Below, piece after piece: positions 12,550 through 24,846 of a stretch of DNA of 64,000 nucleotides. The stretch spans positions 186,001-250,000 of the forward strand of contig QPGO01000119.1 in the NCBI GenBank assembly GCA_008632985.1, read 5' to 3'. A model generated the notes under the pieces. It ran no database searches. It was not told the origin of the DNA and saw nothing but the letters and a program-made list of their open reading frames with translations. Made by a program: the position numbers and the translations under genes. Position 1 is the first letter of the stretch. The number at the start of each line of letters is the position of its first letter. This stretch comes from Psammoneis japonica. Lineage: Eukaryota.

Positions 12550-13330
12550 CTATGCTTTGTCAGCGCCACAAGTGATGTTAGCCCTCACATTTCTTTGCCT
12601 TTTCAGATGATTCTCTTTATCCCGAAAGTATTTGTAAAGAATAACAAGGCCCAAAAATGCACCAGTAGAGAGAACTATACCTAAAGAAAGGATAGCAGTC
12701 ATGGCAATCTGTAGCTCCAGTCTATCCAGAAGTGCAATTCCAAAAAACAAGAGCCCTAAGAGGTACAGAGGGATACAAAACACTGCACAAAAAAGGGCCA
12801 AACCACACGGAAACTTTGATGCTCCAATGAAAGAACCAACATAGCTTGGAGCAAAGACTATCATTCAATTGTGACCAACAAAAACTGCAATGCTAGATGA
12901 CGTTGCCAGGCAGACCAAACACATAACAATCGCAAACCCTGACGCTGCCACAGACTTGTGGGAGGGCTCACCGATGCTAGGTAGAGAGTTCAATAATGCC
13001 AGCCCCTTCAATAAATCCAGTTACCGCAAAGCCTAACACAAGAACCAATAGATTAGTAAGGCTCGAGTACGCTTCAATTCGATCCTTTGCTTGCTTCTTC
13101 TGACGCTTCCAACTCCGTTTTCCTTGTTGCGCCTGTTATTGACGGTCCCCAGCAAACCGCCGAGTGAGACAACGAAGAACACAATTTTTGCAAAGGCAGA
13201 TGCGACGCAGGACGTTTTTCCAGCTGGGCGAATGGCATTCATTGGGAAAAGATTTTTTTGAAACTTTCAACTTCATTTGAGAGATGCTGTAGAGTTCGCT
13301 TCTTCCCGCACTGTAAAGAGAATGTTCGGA
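12550..13330 (-). pseudogene. Disrupted 4-TM membrane protein gene (Orai/PGG-like hydrophobic pattern)
   Basis: Reads DRIEAYSSLTNLLVLVLGFAVTGFIE, then a stop and frameshift at a CTAG-rich tract (~12976-12988), then SGFAIVMCLVCLATSSSIAVFVGHN*, then two more TM segments (12550-12864). The 5' boundary is uncertain. Confidence 0.45.
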
Positions 13331-13971
13331 TTTTGTCCATTCCGACATGGCTTCCTTTTGCTTGAGGTTCGCAACAGACGTCCGTGCGTGTGCGTGCGCG
13401 CTCGATGCCATTCCCACCGGTGCGGGTGGGCCTGCGGCCTGCATCAGTGTATTTTGTCAGCTCAAGTCGCACTCTCACTCAAACATCAAACGTCATTCTT
13501 TTGAAACATCACCATGAACCGCATCCAAAATGTGCTCACCACTCACCACTGGAAGCTGCTGCAAGTGTTCTTCTGCCACAGAACCCATTGTGTCCTTGTT
13601 CTTGTTGCACATCATGTCAAGTCATCTGCCCATGTCTGCTCCTGGGGAATCATGTCGGAGAGCTCTCACGAACACAACATCTCAGCAAACAACTCCATTT
13701 TCAAAGCCACTGCTGAATCTTGAATGGCATGTGTGCATGCACCATGCATCTTCTTCATGCTCCTCACACATTCATTCTGTGTTGTTTGTTGCCAGCAGTG
13801 CTCTCCTGTGGTTGTGGCTTCACATTTTTGCACGGCGCCGCTTCTCTTCGCACTCACAAACACTTCCCAAAATGGCCAAAGGCTTGTTCCCTGTTTGTTG
13901 TTCCTGGTGCCATGGGTGAAAGCACTGGCCTGTTGCTGGTGCACCAGTTGCTCTTGATGAAGTGTTGTTGG

Positions 13972-14430
13972 GAGGAAGGAGCGATGTTTGGGTGTGCAGA
14001 CATTTGGCTTCCAGCAGCAATGTGCCAGCAGGAGGCACTGGCTGTGGCTGTGTGGCTGGCCCCAGTTTGTCAACAGCATTTCTTTGGTTCTGTGAGACTG
14101 TGGTGCTCATTTTTCTCTTTGCCAAGCCTGGTTGGATGAACAAAGCTGGCCCAGAACCCCACTCAAGACAGTCAAATTTCAACATTTCCCTTCTTCATTC
14201 GAGACACCACAGTGAGGAAGAGATGTTTGGGTGTGCAGACATTGTTTGGCTCCCAGCAGCAATGCCAACAGGAGGCACTGGCTACAGCTGTGTGGCTGGC
14301 CCCAGTTTGTCAATGGCATTTCTTTGGTTTTGTGAGACTGTGGTGCTCCTTTTCCTCTTTGCCAAGCCTGGTCAGATGAACAAAGCTGCTGGCCCTGAAC
14401 CCCACTCAAGACAGTCAAATTTTAACATTT
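13972..14430 (+). repeat. Tandem duplication of a ~240-bp unit (~13972-14187 and ~14214-14430)
   Basis: Shared gatgtttgggtgtgcagacatt...ccccactcaagacagtcaaatt. Differences include TA/CA/TG swaps. Confidence 0.9.
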
Positions 14431-17026
14431 GTTCCCTTTTTTGTTTGAGATGCCACAATGCTTGCCAGAGAGTCAGCCATGCTTGATGTCAGCAAAATGG
14501 CAACCCACGGATCAGCAGAAATTCCCAAGCTTTCAGGAGACATTGCCGCCAAAAGAGAAAAAAATTGCAAGTGTGGAACATGCTGCAGATCACCAGCTTC
14601 CCCACACTGCACTCATTCTTGTCAAATGTGTTGTTCATGTCTGTGCCTGCCCACTGAGACAGGGCACATCAGCTTCACTGGATGACTTGTTTTCCAGACT
14701 GAGGTTTCATGCACTTTTCATTTCTGCACACCAGCCCCATTTTCAAGATGTGCTCAAAGCCAACAAAACAGCCCAAAAAGACACACAGAACACAGAACAC
14801 AAACAATTGGCGAGCAACTCAGAGCTGGGCCAGTCACATGATTGAGCAGACAAAGAGTGCCAACATTTGGAATCCAGGTGCTGCTGCGTTCAACATGACA
14901 TCTTCAACAACAAACCACTGTTGACGGGAGATCACTGGATCAAGGTCTGCCAATGTTGATGCCATGTCATCAACAGTTTCAGCAAAAGCAGTCTGACAGG
15001 AAAAAATGAGGAGGTGGAAGACTGGTTTGCAAGGAGCATTCAGAGAAAGTCACACAGGAGCACCAGTTGTCAGCTCTTTCACCCAACTCAGAAGCGCTCC
15101 AAAAGAGTTGTTTGGGCTTGTCATGTTTGACAGACAGGTCCAAAATTCTGTGGTGGGCCAAATGACAATGAGCACCAATTGACCATCAATGGCTCTTTTC
15201 TTGTTTTCCAAATGTGTCAAAACACCAGAGGGAGAAGTTTGTTGAGTTTGACTGGCAGGACGATGATGTGCTTTGTGGCCTTGTTCCAAACTTCGCCACC
15301 CAACACAAGTGCCAGCTGCAAGTGGGGCATGTGGGTTGGTGAAAGGAGAGAAGAAGAAGAAGAAGAGAATTTTTGCAACTGATTTGTTTGCTCAAGCCAT
15401 TTCCCAAATGACAATGCCTTTCACTGTTGGTGCCCCAATGACATGGAGTGAGATGAAAAGGGGCCAATGAGCAACCGCCTGTCCCAAGCACAGGGCTGCC
15501 TCATCTGAGTGTGCTTGCAGTTGTGTGATTTTGTAGAAATTCTCAAAACAAAGTCAAAGTGCTGTGTGTCAACTGCTCCAAGAGATGCAAAACATGGAAA
15601 AACCAGTGCTGCAGTGTCGCGTGATGACCACACAGTTTGTGTGTGCAGTTGAGCCAATCATGACATGGCAGATGACCAAAGCAAGCTTTTGTGTGCAGCC
15701 TCACAAAATGTGTGATCATGCATCATTTTGGTGTCTGCAGTTTTGGGTTGTTCTTTCTCCTTTTTGCTGCTTTTTGTTGCATTTTTGCACATCCGTGAAA
15801 AAACCTGTTTGGAGCACTTTGAGTGCTTTTTGTTGAAAACCCTGCTGAAAATTTGAGCAGTGCAAGTTTGCAGCACATGGCACTCTTCATCATTGGACAC
15901 TGCAGAACAAGTTGAAATGTGTGCCTGATGTGTTGAAACATGTCATGTTGGGCTGGCATCAAAACGGCACAAAGATTGTCAGTCTTTGCATGTCACCAAG
16001 TTGCGATTGTTGCACAATGTGTTTCAAGGTGAAAGAGCAGCCCCCCTCTCTTTCTGTGTGATTGTGTCACCAAATGCATGGCAGGCAACAAATGCACATG
16101 CAACAAGAAAGAACACTTTGAGAGACGGCACAAAATTTGTGCCTTGAATGATGAGTGCCCTGCTTTGAAAAAGAAACCCAGGGAGCAGCTTGCATCATGG
16201 CAACTTTTGAAAATCTGACAAGAGCAGGCCACACAATGATGTGTGCCATGATGTTCATTGAGGAAAGCATGAGTTGGGAAAAAGAGGGACAGTGAAGAAA
16301 GATGTGCAATGCCACAGTTCACAAAATGCACTGGCTGTGTTGCTGGCTCGCTGACCAGCAGCATTGCTGTCTGCACTTTTTTGTTGTGCGCATCAGTGAC
16401 AGCCATCGTGATTGAAAATTGAAATGCTTTTCTCAACAAAAATGCCTCTGAACACAGACCCTGACTGTGCAGCAAGAAAATGACTTTGTCCGTTCCAGCT
16501 GCCGCAGCATGACCAGGGGCCCACAATGGCACATGCCTGCTCTAGAATGCCACTCGCTTGAAAAAAAATGGAGGATCTAGAAAAAGCGGCGTTCTTGTTG
16601 TGTCACATGATGACCACACAGATTGTGCAATTTGGTCAATCATGGTTCAGCAGACCAAGGCAAGCTTTTTAAGACACATGCAGGCAAAAACAAGATGCAA
16701 AGAGATTGTTGGTTTGTGTGTGTGTCACAGAATTGTCATGGCAGTTGTGAAGCACTGCATCTCAAGAGGCAGCCCCTTGTGTGTGTGTGTGTGTGTGACT
16801 GCAATGCCAACAAGAGAGAAAAAAGGGCACTTCAAGATGATGCAAGTTTGTGCTTTAAATGACAAGTGCCACACACAAAAGAAACACAGGGGTCATTGAG
16901 GAGAGAGAGCATGAGTGGGGAAAAGGTTGTGTGAAACACACACAATGTGTGTGCTGATGGCGTCAATGGTTCCTCAGCAACCAGCAGCATTGTTGCTGTC
17001 TGCTCTTTTTAAACTCCATCATTTCT

Positions 17027-17090
17027 CCCCCTCCCTCCCTCCCTCCCTCCCTCCCNNNNNNNNNNNCCTCCTCCTCCTCCTCTTCCTCCT
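17027..17090. repeat. (CCCT)n/(CCT)n microsatellite flanking a short N gap
   Basis: Seen directly. Confidence 0.9.
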
Positions 17091-18480
17091 CTGTTCTGGC
17101 TTTGTGGCAAGACCCCTGGCATGTGCCAGCACAAATGCACAGTCTGCCACCAGAACACTGCTTGCTTGCTGTGCATCAAAACACAAAGCAGTGCTGTGCT
17201 GTGTGTGTTCCTCACTGCACAGCCCATGTGTCACAAAAATGGATTGCACGCACCACACAAGAGACATGATTTGATGGAGAGCATGTTTCACATGCTTGTT
17301 GAACACAGCTCACCATTTGAAATGGGAAAGGTTGCTCAATGCTGCTCAAGCATTTCTCCTTTTTTGCACCAACCGTGTTTTTCACACAAGTCTGCAATTT
17401 GCTCAAAGAAAGCAATCTGGTGGGAGAAATGAAATGAAAACAAACCAGCTTGCAGAGGGAGTGTGCTCACCAGAGAAAGCAGTGTGTTCTCATGCAGTGT
17501 GCAAAAAGCAACTCAGCAAGAACATTTCAAAAGCCCCAAATTCCATGGCATGAGCTGAATGACAAAGAGAGTGTCAACTGATCACCAGCAGCTTCTTTTT
17601 TGTTCCCCAAACATCAAAACACCAAGGAGAAGTGTTTTTGTGAAATTTGGCTGGCAAAGAGAGATGCCGGCATGTGCTGGTGTGTGGCCTTCTAGATCCT
17701 GCAGCCACATTGCCAGTCCTCAAGCACCACAGTGGTGCTGTTTTGTTGCATTGAGGGAAAACATGCCCGCTTAAGCTGGTGTAAAAGAGAACAAAAAATG
17801 CCAGCATTTCTGCAAAATTGATTTGTTGGTGCCCAAGTTCACTGCCTCCCACAGCTGTTGGCACCCCAGCAGTGGAGTGAGACACAAAGAGATGCTGAGC
17901 AACAACCACTTGTCTCAAGCAGCGCAGGGCCTCCTTCTGACAAAAAAAACAATGATTGCAACATCCTGATTGCAGGAATTCTCCAAACAAAAAAGTCAGA
18001 GTGCACAGCAGAGTGTCAAGAATTCCAAGACATGTGAAAGACTCTTGGAAAAGAGAAAAACTGGCATTGTTGTCGTCATGTGTGTGTCACATTGTGATGA
18101 CAGCCACACAGTTTGTGTGCAAAGTTGATGTTCACAACATGTCACACTTGGTTTGGCAGTTTTGGTTCATGTTCTTGCACACTGTCCATTTCTCACTGCT
18201 TTGTGTTTTGCAAATCCCTCCAAAACAAAACAAAATCCCTTTTGGAGCACGCACTTTACCACTAGCTAGTTTTGTTCTCTGCGGCACACCCCATCCTCTA
18301 ACAATAGAGATTTGCGCACTGCCATGTTGGAGATGATTCGACGTGTCTAGAGTAGAGCGTGCTTGTTGCTATACATGCTACCGTATTTGGAATAGGAGAG
18401 GATATATTCAAAACTCGAACATTTTTCGTTTTTGTGCCAAAACAGCATTATAGTAGTATTACACAGTATTACATTTTCTC

Positions 18481-19230
18481 TTAAATAACACTGGCTTCAT
18501 TCTTGAGTTTCTCCACAAGTTCATCGACACTTGACACCATGATGCCTGCCGATCGTTGTGGTGGTTCCATCATTGTCACGGTGGTCACGTGTGGTTCCAA
18601 ATCGACCTCCAAGGAATCCGCTTCCACAATTTCCATGGGTTTCTTTTTGGCCTTCATAATGTTGGGTAGTGTCGCATACCGCGGTTCACAAAGACGCAAA
18701 TCACACGTCAAGACGGCTGGCAAATTTAATTCAAACGTTTCCGTTCCACTGTCCGTTTCGCGTTCAATGTTCCATGAATCTGAATCAATATTGGCACAAA
18801 AGGTCACTTGTGGCCATCCAAGCAATCCGGCCAACATGGGACCCGTTTGACCACAATCCCCATCAATACCCTGTTTGCCCAAGAGGACTAAATCGGGCTC
18901 GTGTTGTTGTACGAGCTTTTCGAAAATTTGCGATAACGCCCGAGGCTGTAATTCCGTATCCGTTCTCTTGTCGGTTAAAACATGAATGGCCGAATCACAT
19001 CCCATGGCAAGTGCTGTGCGGAGTGTTTCACTACACGATTTGGGGCCACAACTGACGGCAATGACTTCGGAGGCGACTTTGGCTTCCTTGAGTCGTACCG
19101 CTTGTTCCACGGCAATTTCACAAAAGGGATTCATGCTCATTTTGACATTGGATAAATCAATGTTGTTGTTATTGACGCGGACCTTGACGGCATAGTCCAC
19201 GACGCGCTTGACACCCACTAAAATCTTCAT
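18481..19230 (-). CDS. ETFB: Electron transfer flavoprotein beta subunit
   Basis: MKILVGVKRVVDYAVKVRV, MSMNPFCEIAVE, GKQGIDGDCGQTG, EPRYATLPNIMKAKKK. ATG at 19230. Confidence 0.97.
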   Translation of the reverse strand: MKILVGVKRVVDYAVKVRVNNNNIDLSNVKMSMNPFCEIAVEQAVRLKEAKVASEVIAVSCGPKSCSETLRTALAMGCDSAIHVLTDKRTDTELQPRALSQIFEKLVQQHEPDLVLLGKQGIDGDCGQTGPMLAGLLGWPQVTFCANIDSDSWNIERETDSGTETFELNLPAVLTCDLRLCEPRYATLPNIMKAKKKPMEIVEADSLEVDLEPHVTTVTMMEPPQRSAGIMVSSVDELVEKLKNEASVI

Positions 19231-19329
19231 GGTGAAATGATTTGTGGAGAGATTGGCAACAAAAAATCGACGACGCGATCTTGTTGTAAGAGAGATTGTT
19301 GTAGGCAATCACGTATGTAGAAATGTGTA

Positions 19330-19620
19330 GAAGAGATAGGGAGGAGAAAGATCCATGGATTGGTAATTATTAGTATTCAACCTTTAAATTATATTCAATT
19401 TATGAACATATATGACTTTAATATATTTCATATAATCATTTCAACATTGAAAAACTACAAAACCATACATTCTTATTATTTTACTTAGCAACCAATTTTT
19501 CGAAAGCTAGCCGTTGAGTATTGTATACGTATATAACTAATTTAAATGATCACTTTAAATTCTATTTATATTCTTCATTCAACTCAATTTTTCGAAAACG
19601 ATCCGTTGAAGCCGGTCGTG
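19330..19620. promoter_or_regulatory. AT-rich divergent promoter region between ETFB and the membrane-protein gene
   Basis: Head-to-head genes, strongly AT-rich, with a direct repeat caatttttcgaaa....ccgttga at ~19493 and ~19585. Confidence 0.4.
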
Positions 19621-19735
19621 TACGAATGAAATCGCGTGAATTGCACGTGCGAATCAACTCCGCGTGAAGCCTCAGCGGGAACGAAACGAAAAAAGCAATG
19701 CCATAACGTTGTTTTCATCACAACAACAACTAAAA

Positions 19736-20673
19736 ATGACAGACGGCACGGTCGAAACATCTCGTTCTCCTCGCTTTACCCTTTGGGTAGCCTTCTTGGT
19801 CTTTTCTGCCATTACCCTTGGCGCATCGGTCCAAGAAAAAAACAATTCTTCTTCGGTTTCGTCGGAACAAAAGTGGGCCGTGGCATGCTCCAGCATTACC
19901 TTTGCCTTGACGGCCATTGTCGTAATCATGCACCTATTGCCGGTCGCATCCATTTTTATCGTGAATACCAAAATCGAAGGCCTCCTTTGTATTGTCCTCA
20001 TGGTCTTTTGGGCTGCCACCGTGGCGATTGTCTCGGATGCGAGCAATGGTCTTGCCGTCGACAAGAATGGGACCGTCTCGAATGGGAATCTCTATTACTT
20101 TTCGTGGGCCGGCTTTGTGTGTTCCATTTTGCTTTTGTGTCGTATCTTCGCGGTGTCTTTGGTGTCGATGTGGCGGGTGAATTAAAGTCACGGGCCGCAC
20201 GTCTCACCACGTGGTCGGCATTGATTGCTACCTCGTTCATTGTCATGGGGAGTTCCAGCAAGATTTTGCAAAATTCGTGCAAAAACTCCGATGCCACTCT
20301 CAATCAAGATGATGTCTTTTGCAACCGTACCAAATACGGCATTGCACTTGGTGCCTTTGGTGGAACCATGGCCATGGTGATTTGTGCCCTCAAGATTTAT
20401 TCCGGTGCGTGTCCATTCTTGTTGGAGGCAATCATGGGCTTTGTTTTGGCGGTCATGAATGGCTTTGGTGTGGCATTCTTGACGTCCTCCAAGGGACCCG
20501 GATCGCCCTTGGGCAATTTGTATTACTTTTCGTGGGGATCCTTTTTGATTTCCATGATTGTCACGGCGTCGTGTGTCGAAGATTATCAAGGAGGTGGTCA
20601 AGCTGCAGCGGCGGCGGCAGAAGACGAAAACAAGGAGGATGTGCAGGTGGAGAATTTGGATGATACTATTTAG
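19736..20673 (+). CDS. Multi-pass membrane protein made of two homologous halves (each ending GNLYYFSW); apparent 1-nt frameshift near 20135
   Basis: ORF 19736-20185 and the distal part of ORF 19636-20673 join if one T is restored in the gcttttgtg run. About 8 hydrophobic segments. Confidence 0.75.
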
Positions 20674-20919
20674 ACGAACCAAGAGATTGGTTGTGTAGTA
20701 TGGATTTGTAGTTTTTGTGAGAGAGAGAAAGGTGATTCTTACAAGCTACTGTATTAGTAGATGCGCAAATTAGTATTGAGATTCTAGAAGATTCTGTACT
20801 AGTAGAGCAGAACAGCCGAGGTGGGTTGTTTTTAGTTATTTTATTGAATCGTGCCCGTCATCCTTGTTGTTCCCGCGCAATTTCTACACGGATTCGGTCT
20901 TGTTTGGCATGCATGGCGG

Positions 20920-22195
20920 AACTGCTACAGGTGGGTTGGGAATGGACTACAACTCCCAACTATCGTCATCACACGTGCTCTAACAATTGCTTCTCCAGAA
21001 AAAAAAAGTGAGAAGACTTTTTCTCTTCAAATAGTCTAATGGAGCGGGACAGCGCATTGTGCGGCCTTGTGTGCCCTGCCATCTCTACTAGAGAGTAGCT
21101 AGAGTAGAGAGTACTCTACTAGTAGAGAATACTGATAGAGCTAGAGCTAGAGTAGCAGTGGTAGGTATTAGAGTAGCCCTCTAGCTAGAGATAGAGTACA
21201 GTAGTAGAGAGAGCATCCACGTACGCTCGCCGTCGCTCTTCAACTTTGACGGCAGAGGGACGGACGGACTGCACTGGTGTGGTGGGTCTGTCCATCATCC
21301 ACGCAAATCTGCTCCGAAACGCACTCTAGAGTGGCAGCTGCTCTTTTCAAGAGAAGCGTCAAATGCAGCACAACTTTGATGCTTGGGAGCCCTGACAAAA
21401 CTGTCCAGCCCAATCAACAATGTATCAGACATGGTGCAACCCACAATGACATCTCAGGCACAGCAGGCGGCAGAGCAGCTCCACTCTGCGCCACAAGTGT
21501 GGTGGGAGCGGCAAGCAACACACAAAAGAAAAGAAGACGGCCCCCCAAAAATGCACAGGCCTGTGTTGTTCTCCCAGAAGATCCTGTCCTCTTGTTCAGC
21601 ATGGTTCAACAAGGTTGGCAACAACTGCACCCACCAACATCCTCAGCACAGTGCAGCCTGTTGGAGGTTGTTCCTCCCCCCCCACCAGCAGCAGCTCTTG
21701 TGTCAAAAGAAGAAGTGGTGGTGCACAGTGTGCATGCAGAGCACCACCACAGAGGCACGTGAGACTGAGGCAGCCAACAACACATGTGCAGCCTGTTTTT
21801 GTCAGCAAGTTTGTCTCTGAATGAGTGCAACAACAAGCAGCAGTTGAAGCAGCAGTTTCGCTGCTTTTCATTGAGGAGCCGCCTGTTTTTGGCAGCAAAA
21901 CAAAGTTGAGTTTTCTTCCCAGCAGTTGTGTGCTGGGCACACACCTGCCTAGAAATTTTGGGCAAGCTGGGCACTCTGTCCCAGATTGTTCCTCTCTCAG
22001 AAGCTGCATGTCTCTTTTTCTTTTGTCATCACTCCACTCTTGACTGTCCCTTGGCACTGGCATGTGCAGTTGTTCCAGCAGTCAACAACTGCCCTCTTCT
22101 GAGCCACTGCTTGGTTCTTGTGGATTTTGTGATTGGGTTGCTTCAAGCAGTCATTTCAACATTTGAGGAGTCATTCAATGACACACAAATGACCA
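20920..22195 (+). repeat. Copy 1 of a local dispersed repeat family (other copies ~22675-23135 and ~30830-31920)
   Basis: 20921-21450 aligns with 22675-23135; ~21810-22195 aligns with ~31505-31920; ~21250-21450 resembles ~30830-31060. Confidence 0.8.
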
Positions 22196-24670
22196 TCGGA
22201 TGACAAAACCTGGGGAATTGATCTCAAGTTGGAATCAAAAATGCCGCCCGGCAGTCTCCACATGTGACTGCACTGCGTGTGTCATCAGAAGCTGCCAAAC
22301 AACTCCACTCATCATGACAATGAAATGCAACAGTGTTGGTGCTCTTGCCACCTTGTGCGTGCACACATGGTCACCACAACACAACAGCCAATGACAAAAG
22401 AAAGAACAGGCTTCTTCCTGGCAGCATGAGTGGAAAGTTGTGATTGATTGTTGACGTTGCTTCTGAATGAATTGACAGCAAAACATGCTGCACTTCTTCA
22501 TGGCATTTGCTGCATCTGATGATCTGTGTGTTCATTGTCATGGTCAACTTGTGTGGCTTGTTGGTGATTTGCATGCCACAAGCCTTGGCAATCAACCTGG
22601 GTGAATGTGCCGCATTGTCGTTGGCCTCATCATGGTTGACAACTCAAGAGGTCAGTGAAACTTTCGCTGGTGAGACTGCTGCAGGTGGGTTGGGAATGGA
22701 TTGCAACTCCCAATTGTCATCATCACACATGCTCCAACAATTGCTTTGCCAGAAAAAAAGTGACAAGACTTTTTCTCTTCAATGCAGTGGAGCAGCACAA
22801 CGCATTGTGGCCTTGTGTGCCCTGCCATCTTCCCTGGCTGGAGTGCTCTCTGCTCTCTCCAGCTGCAGGAGCATCCATTGGAGAGAGCATCCATGTGCGA
22901 GTGTGCTCATTGCTCTTCAACTTTGATGGCAGGGGGATGGACTGACTGCACCAGTGTGTGATGGCTGGGTCTGTCCATCATCCACAAATCTGCTCCGAAA
23001 CACACTCCACTCTTTTGAAAGAGAAGCATCAAACGCAGCACAACTTTTGATGCTTGGGAACCCTGACAAAACTGCCCAACCCAATCAACAACAACATTTG
23101 AGATGTCATGGAATCTGGTGCAACCCACAATGACAGCAATTTTTCCTCATGCATGAGCCCCACGCAGAAATCACGCAGAAGAACAATTTTGGCATGACCA
23201 ACAGAATGTAACTTTTCTCACAATGACCCTCAGTTTTGACCATTCGCGTTGTTGGAAAGCTCTTTTCTGTCCTTTTTGGCTGTGTGATTTTTGCAGAAAC
23301 TTTAAAAAAGTCAATTCCCTGGGTTTTGTCATCCAAGGGTTCAAATGTCTGCTCCACACTGTGTGCAGGGCCACACACAGCAGCTTCTGAGTCATCGCAC
23401 TTTGTTGCAACTCAATGCTGATCACTGCACCAACAATGAGATGAAGCTGCAATCTTGACAAGATTCAAAATGTGATGGGGGAAACTTCAATCTTTCCCTT
23501 GACTTCTTTGAACATTGCGCTGTGGGGGGGTCACTCTGTTCTTCAGCAACGAAGGATGAAACTTCTTCTCAGCCTGAAAATGTTTCTTGTTGGTCTTCTT
23601 CCATCATCACCTCAACAGCTTGATCTGTCACCTCTTTTTCCACTTGTTGTGCAGACACTCTCTTTTCCTGACAAGGTGTGGTGGTCTCTCAATGGACAAG
23701 CACCCACTGGGTGCTCCTGACTCTTTGGAGTGTGAAGAAGAATGTTGAGCCGCGTGCAGCAAGTCAATGTTGCTGAAAGGAGGGAATCCCATGTGAGGAC
23801 TCCTGCCCACTTGTTGCACTTGCCTTGGTGTCTCCAGCTGCTGTGGCATGCCTTGGTGTCAGAACAACTTCTGCAACTGCTGTGATGCAGGCATCTCTTG
23901 ATGCTGGTCGACAATCGTGCAAACCAAATGACTCACTCAAAAGAGTGAGAACAAAACACACACATTCTGTCAACATGGATGAGATCATTGAACACAAAGA
24001 AACACTCTTCAAATCCATGTCAGAGATCAAAGATCTTCTCTTCAACACATCCGGGTCACAATGTGATGTCCGGGTCTCTCATGTCACCATTCCAAGAACA
24101 GCTGACAAAGTTGATTTGAGCGTTCCTGAGCTCCTCCTCACACTCCTTTTCTCGTTTTTGTTCTTTTTGCAAGATTTGATGAATTGAGATGGTTCTTGCT
24201 GGCAAGATTTGCAGTTGGATCATCTTCCATCATCTCGATGTCCAATGTCTGAGTTGGCGGCATTGTTGTTTTCATTTGTTTCTTGGTGATCTTCTGGTTG
24301 AAAGAGTGTCATCTTGAGCAAAACCATCATTGCAGGTTTCCTCATGACTTTGGCCATCACTCATTTGATCTTCATTGTCAACAACTGATGCATCATCTGA
24401 CATGGAATTGTCCTTGGCTTTGCTCCTGGTGTTGCAACGAAGGTCTCCATGGTGTGTGTGTGTGACTTCTGTGCAGAATTTGTGTTGTTGGAGTTCTTCA
24501 GCATCCGCTCTTCTTCACGACCTCCTCCTTTGGCAGCCTTGTCAGTTAGATCAATGGGATTTTCTTCCTTTCCATTTTGTCTTCTGCCCTTTTCCTTGTT
24601 GGCACCCTTGCGGGGAGAACCTTGATTCGTCCCGCCAGAGCTGCGGCGTTTGCCTCTTGCCATGTTGCGA
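21330..24670. repeat. TpA-depleted degenerate block, including repeat copy 2 (22675-23135) and a degraded minus-strand ORF starting at 24663
   Basis: TA is nearly absent until ~24680, where normal composition resumes abruptly. Confidence 0.65.
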
Positions 24671-24846
24671 TCTTTTTTTTTAGCTTCTTGTTTCTACTGT
24701 AAAGGGCTACGGTGCTGGGTACCGGTGTGTGCTGTACCGTACTGTACGTACGGCAACGCCATCTCACACAATTCGCTCTTCACTCTTCACAGCACAAAAA
24801 AAAAAGCAAAAAAGATACCCTGCGACCTGCGACGGTTGACTCTCCG

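Larger units (their letters stand above)
13440..18250. repeat. TpA- and CpG-depleted degenerate repeat block
   Basis: Almost no TA or CG over ~4.8 kb. Contains an internal duplication, microsatellites and an N gap. Confidence 0.7.

Noticed and set aside
13440..18250. Numerous Cys/His-rich ORFs as real genes or metal-binding proteins (also in the other depleted blocks)
   Set aside because: Loss of TpA removes TAA/TAG stops and turns Tyr into Cys/His, creating long overlapping ORFs in all frames with no recognisable domains.
19330..19620. Centromere-like AT-rich island
   Set aside because: Only ~300 bp and lies between divergent genes; a promoter region is the simpler reading.
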